Virus record (IMG/VR): IMGVR_UViG_3300042474_001006 | Reading direction: 5' to 3' (one strand) | DNA: 20,000 nt | Origin: an uncultured virus (IMG/VR IMGVR_UViG_3300042474_001006) | Lineage: Duplodnaviria; Heunggongvirae; Uroviricota; Caudoviricetes | Shown: one piece after another, positions 16,623 to 20,000 of the stretch | Layout: every line of letters starts with the position of its first letter | Position numbering within the stretch: position 1 is the stretch's first letter | Notes under the pieces: generated by a model | Databases searched by the model: none | What the model was told of the DNA's origin: nothing | The model's input: only the letters and a program-made list of their open reading frames with translations | Position numbers and translations under genes: made by a program

Positions 16623-16878
16623 ATGGTTAGCAAGACGTATATTCAGTTGGACAAGCCTTAGAGAATATGTCTTCGATGAAGTTCATATGTATGATCATTT
16701 AGATACAATTGTTAATGACCCAGAAGGAATGAAGATAGCATCCTCAAGCTGGATGGAAGGCGATATGTGGTATGGTTGGACATATGATAGTAAAGCAAAC
16801 CGTTACTATTTTGATGATATTGGTAATAAATCCCTTATCGGTTTATGGGAAGATCAATTCCTAAGCAAGGCAGACTAA
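16615..16878 (+). CDS. Hypothetical Trp-rich protein
   Basis: Start moved to ATG 16615 (aagga RBS); MIEWLARRIFSW... Confidence 0.7.
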   Translation: MIEWLARRIFSWTSLREYVFDEVHMYDHLDTIVNDPEGMKIASSSWMEGDMWYGWTYDSKANRYYFDDIGNKSLIGLWEDQFLSKAD

Positions 16879-16881
16879 CAT

Positions 16882-16952
16882 TTCAGGTTCCTATAATGGT
16901 CGTAGAGCGGTTTCCGAAACCGATAATGAAGGTCCGATTCCTTCACCTGGAG
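16882..16952 (+). tRNA. tRNA with CCG anticodon (nominally tRNA-Arg), atypical, no encoded CCA
   Basis: Acceptor TTCAGGT/ACCTGGA, D-arm CTAT/GTAG with AATGGTC loop, anticodon stem CGGT/ACCG with loop TTCCGAA, T-arm GAAGG-TCCGATT-CCTTC. Confidence 0.8.
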
Positions 16953-16956
16953 CTTA

Positions 16957-17148
16957 GTGCCTAAACATTGGGAAGATAAGTCTCAGTGGATAACAAATTG
17001 CCCTATTTGTTATTGTGCAGTAACTCATCAATTAAGAGATTATCATATTCAATATCATGAAGATTTGATCGCAATTAGTGAGGTCGGCGAAAATAGAGAG
17101 ATCCCAGTCAACTACGTTGACACAACTGATGGTATAATAGATACCTAA
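16957..17148 (+). CDS. C2H2-like Zn-finger peptide
   Basis: CPIC...HIQYH; GTG start after ggag. Confidence 0.55.
   Translation: MPKHWEDKSQWITNCPICYCAVTHQLRDYHIQYHEDLIAISEVGENREIPVNYVDTTDGIIDT
17074..17138 (+). promoter_or_regulatory. Repeated element copy B: upstream motif + TAC-loop hairpin + TGgTATAAT
   Basis: agtgaggtcggcgaaaatagag; GTCAAC-TAC-GTTGAC 17107-17121; TATAAT 17133-17138. Confidence 0.7.
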
Positions 17149-17167
17149 CGATAAGGGTATATTAAAT

Positions 17168-17413
17168 ATGGAACAGTGGGTAAATAGCTACGCCTCATAC
17201 GTGCTTGTTTTAAGCGGTGCTGCAGCTATGTTTGTAATTGGCAGGAAGAAAAGATTTGGTTGGCTCTGGTTCATATTTAATGAATTTATGTGGACTGCAT
17301 ATGCTTTGATAACAAAGCAGTACGGTTTTATTCTTGGCGCTATCCTTTATGGGATAGTAGGTGTTAAATCTTATTTACACTGGTCTAAAAAGGGAATAAG
17401 CAAGATACATTAA
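17168..17413 (+). CDS. Small 3-TM membrane protein, PnuC-like
   Basis: GRKKRFGWLWFIFNEFMW.AYALITKQYGFIL pattern resembles short phage PnuC-like proteins. Confidence 0.55.
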   Translation: MEQWVNSYASYVLVLSGAAAMFVIGRKKRFGWLWFIFNEFMWTAYALITKQYGFILGAILYGIVGVKSYLHWSKKGISKIH

Positions 17414-17425
17414 TAGGGGGAACCA

Positions 17426-17674
17426 ATGGCATACTCTAGATTTACAGACAGCGACATTTATATATACGCTCATGTAGGCGGATGGATAGAATGTGCTGCA
17501 TGTTGGCTAAATGAACGTTCAGATGAGTATTCCTTATTCTCAATGTCAGAAGAGATCCACGATGATGGGCATTTGATTACCCATGTGAGAGAGCATATCA
17601 AAGCAGGCCACGACGTGCCACAAGGACTTCTTATGGACATTCTTTCAGATGAAGAAAGATATGGTAAGATATGA
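17426..17674 (+). CDS. Hypothetical metal-binding protein
   Basis: MAYSRF.DSDIYIY...ECAAC...H..EH...GH.VP; aggggg RBS. Confidence 0.72.
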   Translation: MAYSRFTDSDIYIYAHVGGWIECAACWLNERSDEYSLFSMSEEIHDDGHLITHVREHIKAGHDVPQGLLMDILSDEERYGKI

Positions 17675-17898
17675 GTATGGATAATATTGAATTAACAGAT
17701 GAAGAGATCTCAAAAGGGTATCAATCAGACAACCCAGATGAAGATAAATGGGATAACATTGAGAAGGCTTGCTGGAGCGGATACAAGCAGGTAGGTATGA
17801 AGGACAAGGGCGGGAAAAGAGTTCCCAACTGCGTACCTGTAAAGAAGTCCCTATTTGGCACAGAAGGCCCTCAGAACCTCATACCAAGGAACAAGTAA
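17671..17898 (+). CDS. Small protein carrying the phage CWxGYxxVGxKxKxGxxVPNCVP motif
   Basis: ACWSGYKQVGMKDKGGKRVPNCVPV. Confidence 0.75.
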   Translation: MSMDNIELTDEEISKGYQSDNPDEDKWDNIEKACWSGYKQVGMKDKGGKRVPNCVPVKKSLFGTEGPQNLIPRNK

Positions 17899-17899
17899 T

Positions 17900-18067
17900 A
17901 TGGGTATACTAGATAACCTTGAAGCATATCTAGAAAAGGCGGACAAGACAGATAAATGTCATTACTGCCAAGCCATAGCTACATATAATGATTTAGCTGA
18001 AATAGATCAAACATATAAGATAGTAGGCGTATGTGCATGTCATTCATTTAAAGGATTATCTTCTTAA
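17900..18067 (+). CDS. Zn-finger peptide
   Basis: MGILDNLEAYLEKA...CHYC...CACH; start moved to ATG 17900. Confidence 0.68.
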   Translation: MGILDNLEAYLEKADKTDKCHYCQAIATYNDLAEIDQTYKIVGVCACHSFKGLSS

Positions 18068-18075
18068 TATTGACC

Positions 18076-18133
18076 GAAAGTGAAGTCGAAAAGTAGAGAC
18101 CCCCTTGTCAGTACCTGACATAAATGCTATACT
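18076..18133 (+). promoter_or_regulatory. Repeated element copy C: upstream motif + TAC-loop hairpin over the -35 + TGcTATACT, leaderless to 18140
   Basis: gaaagtgaagtcgaaaagtagag; TTGTCA 18105-18110; TGTCAG-TAC-CTGACA 18106-18120; TATACT 18128-18133. Confidence 0.72.
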
Positions 18134-18139
18134 GAATAT

Positions 18140-18349
18140 ATGATTCAGAACTTAGAAATACCTGATCCATTTGATACCTTTGTGGCACACAAATATGCCA
18201 ATTTTAAGGGTGCCAAATATGACTTCTTTAGCGGTGAATGGGACATGGCATGCGGTGCATGTGAAGAACCATTAAACGCTCCAACTAAGAAGATATTGAC
18301 TAAGATCAGGCTATATCATACTCGTAATGAATGTCTTGGGGGATACTGA
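18140..18349 (+). CDS. Zn-finger-like protein (CxxC...HxxxxC)
   Basis: CGAC...HTRNEC. Confidence 0.7.
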   Translation: MIQNLEIPDPFDTFVAHKYANFKGAKYDFFSGEWDMACGACEEPLNAPTKKILTKIRLYHTRNECLGGY

Positions 18350-18480
18350 TGAGCGATATTGATCCTGACAGATCAATGCGTCTTAAATTAGTTATAGAAG
18401 AGATGCTTAAAGATATTGATATGAGCGGTGAAGAGTGGAATGATTATGATGAAAATGGTGTCCCATATTGGGGAAAATAA
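18349..18480 (+). CDS. 43-aa acidic peptide (not in ORF track)
   Basis: TGATG coupling; MSDIDPDRSMRLKLVIEEMLKDIDMSGEEWNDYDENGVPYWGK. Confidence 0.65.
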   Translation: MSDIDPDRSMRLKLVIEEMLKDIDMSGEEWNDYDENGVPYWGK

Positions 18481-18836
18481 AGAGTCTTAACAAAACATTT
18501 AAGCCATATAAAGCTCAATTTGATAGATGTCCCCTACATATCAAGATCATAGCCGTTTTGTGCGTTATGTACCTATCTGTCCCAATTGACCCATTTGATA
18601 TATTATTTCCCTGGGCGGCATTTAGCGATGATCTATTCATAGCAGGGGTCCTACTCAAGATATTGCACAAACACGGCGGGCTACCAGAAGAGGATAAGAC
18701 TTCCCCTATAGACCTACTAAGAGATATATTCAAGAGAACAGATAAGAAACAAGAGGATACTTCCCTTGCAGTACATTTATTTAAAGATAATGTATGTAGC
18801 CATTGTGGATTAATATCAACCAATCCTACCAAATAG
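18468..18836 (+). CDS. DUF1232/YkvA-like membrane protein
   Basis: YLSVPIDPFDILFPWAAFSDDLFI resembles the Y..SPIDLIPD.IP..G..DD motif. Confidence 0.65.
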   Translation: MGKIKSLNKTFKPYKAQFDRCPLHIKIIAVLCVMYLSVPIDPFDILFPWAAFSDDLFIAGVLLKILHKHGGLPEEDKTSPIDLLRDIFKRTDKKQEDTSLAVHLFKDNVCSHCGLISTNPTK

Positions 18837-18915
18837 ACCAAGGATAAGCTTTAGAGAATTAAAGCAATTTGGTCTCTACCCATTATATCCCCCCTCCCTT
18901 TATCTCCCTTGTATG

Positions 18916-18935
18916 AGCCTCCTAGAGGCTTATTT
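18916..18935 (+). terminator. Hairpin AGCCTC-CTA-GAGGCT + TATTT, possible terminator of the + strand block
   Basis: 6-bp stem followed by a short T-rich tract. Confidence 0.45.
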
Positions 18936-18936
18936 A

Positions 18937-18964
18937 GTGGAGTATTGTGGAGTAAAGTGGAGAA
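18937..18964. repeat. 3x GTGGAG(T/A)A direct repeat with 10-bp period
   Basis: gtggagta at 18937 and 18947, gtggagaa at 18957. Confidence 0.85.
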
Positions 18965-19108
18965 TCATACTATCAATTTAGATCTAAATACTATCATTAT
19001 AACTATCTAAACATATGTGTGTAATTGAGCATATCATATGATGGGGCGTAATGTCAATAGCGCCCATATAAAGCATATTGGCCAATATTTGTCAATAGCT
19101 TTCATATA

Positions 19109-19304
19109 AAATTCCAGGAAATTTTTTTATTTGGTCGTAAAGAGCAATTTTGGCCCATATTTATGGCAAAAAATTATGTCTAATTCTGTATAATTTGTCT
19201 CATATAATGAGATATTTTATACAGATTTTGACAGATTTTATTCAATATGCATACAAATTCCAGCATATTTTTACATGCGTCGTAAAGAGAAAATTTGGCC
19301 CATA
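19109..19304. repeat. Imperfect ~50-bp direct repeat (19109-19159 and 19255-19304)
   Basis: AAATTCCAG...TTTTT...GTCGTAAAGAG.AA.TTTGGCCCATA in both copies. Confidence 0.85.
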
Positions 19305-19314
19305 AATTGGGCAT

Positions 19315-19356
19315 AAAAAAATGGGACATATAGCTAATTAAAGCCATATGCCCCAT
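19315..19356 (-). terminator. Rho-independent terminator (minus strand)
   Basis: ATGGGGCATATGGCT-ttaatt-AGCTATATGTCCCAT-TTTTTT on the minus strand, two G-U pairs, 13 nt after the stop at 19370. Confidence 0.85.
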
Positions 19357-19369
19357 AGGGGAAGTTATC

Positions 19370-19714
19370 TTAGAATGAATCTAAGTCCATTATATATTTG
19401 CTATCTCTTACTCTTGTTTCTTCAAGGGATTTAATTGTTAGGTTTCTATCCACCGCCCCGTACTTTGCCTCAATCATATCGTTGAGAGCATCAGCCAGAA
19501 GCAATCCTTCGGATGTATATCCCTTATCCCATTCTGACTTTAATCTAAGGGAATTGTATTGGATAATATATCTAACTAGTTCCATTAGCCTGTCTTGGGT
19601 GTATAAGGTATGTTCAGTTGTTAATACGTTTGCCATTACGGCAGGGGAGAAGTTAGCATTGTTTAGATAATCTGTTAGTTTTTCTGCCGCTTTGAATTCG
19701 TTCGCTTTAGCCAT
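19370..19714 (-). CDS. Hypothetical 114-aa protein
   Basis: MAKANEFKAAEKLTDYLNNANFSPAVMA...; RBS gaaagg before ATG 19714; has its own promoter and terminator. Confidence 0.78.
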   Translation of the reverse strand: MAKANEFKAAEKLTDYLNNANFSPAVMANVLTTEHTLYTQDRLMELVRYIIQYNSLRLKSEWDKGYTSEGLLLADALNDMIEAKYGAVDRNLTIKSLEETRVRDSKYIMDLDSF

Positions 19715-19735
19715 TGAGTTCCGCCTTTCGTTTTG

Positions 19736-19765
19736 ATTATACCATTGACCACTGACATTTGTAAA
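19736..19765 (-). promoter_or_regulatory. Minus-strand promoter TTTACA-18-TATAAT (extended TG)
   Basis: Minus strand: TTTACAaatgtcagtggtcaaTGgTATAAT. Confidence 0.7.
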
Positions 19766-19827
19766 TGAAGCGAGGACCCTCCCCTTTCCCGTTTCCCACA
19801 GAGAGGAGGATCCCCACACTTAGTTTA

Positions 19828-19977
19828 TTACTTGACGTTCTTCTTGTCTGTGAAGACTACGCCCTCTTGTGCCGCCTTGTTGATAACGCCTAGAGCTGCA
19901 GCTGAAAAGCGACCACGCTTTCCTACAGTAATTCCCTGGGCCTTTAGGTATTCACGAGTTGTTGTTGGTGTTGACAT
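19828..19977 (-). CDS. Lsr2-like DNA-binding domain protein, 49 aa (not in ORF track)
   Basis: MSTPTTTREYLKAQGITVGKRGRFSAAALGVINKAAQEGVVFTDKKNVK resembles the Lsr2 C-terminal 'REWA...G..V..RGRI' motif; RBS gaaagga. Confidence 0.75.
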   Translation of the reverse strand: MSTPTTTREYLKAQGITVGKRGRFSAAALGVINKAAQEGVVFTDKKNVK

Positions 19978-20000
19978 TTGTTTGATCCTTTCTAGATCTT

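Noticed and set aside
17117..17138. TTGACA at 17117 as the -35 for TATAAT at 17133
   Set aside because: The spacer is only 10 nt; the hexamer is better explained as the hairpin arm.
19109..19304. 50-bp direct repeats as a mini-CRISPR or IS ends
   Set aside because: Only two degenerate copies with about 95 bp between them; no cas or transposase gene in the window.
19398..19670. 90-aa plus-strand ORF
   Set aside because: Antisense to the minus-strand gene that has a promoter, RBS and terminator.
19715..19819. N-terminal extension of the 149-aa minus ORF
   Set aside because: It spans the promoter and hairpin; the RBS supports ATG 19714.

Overview
AT-rich, gene-dense 20 kb segment that reads as part of a large tailed phage of Actinobacteria, most likely freshwater acI-type (inferred from WhiB, an Lsr2-like domain, leaderless promoters and small overlapping ORFs). 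From 1 to 18836 all credible genes are on +: a membrane-anchored PA14/Pro-Thr-Glu repeat protein, a probable lysis block (membrane proteins, lipoprotein, CHAP amidase), a divergent glutathione peroxidase, WhiB, an HslV/proteasome-like Ntn protease, an S8 subtilase, thioredoxin, a large secreted Ala/Thr-rich protein, a histone H1-like PAKK peptide, a run of tiny ORFs followed by two 2OG-Fe(II) oxygenases and a flavin-dependent Trp-halogenase-like enzyme, GroES, an atypical tRNA(CCG) and many small Zn-finger or membrane ORFs. A 530-bp repeat- and hairpin-rich non-coding region (18837-19369) marks the switch to minus-strand genes. The strongest leads are a possible RiPP-like peptide/oxygenase/halogenase operon with two MCxxCxC peptides, a three-copy promoter element with a covarying TAC-triloop hairpin, a stand-alone Lsr2 DNA-binding domain missed by the ORF track, and the structured strand-switch region. 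All calls come from motif recognition by eye; no searches were run.
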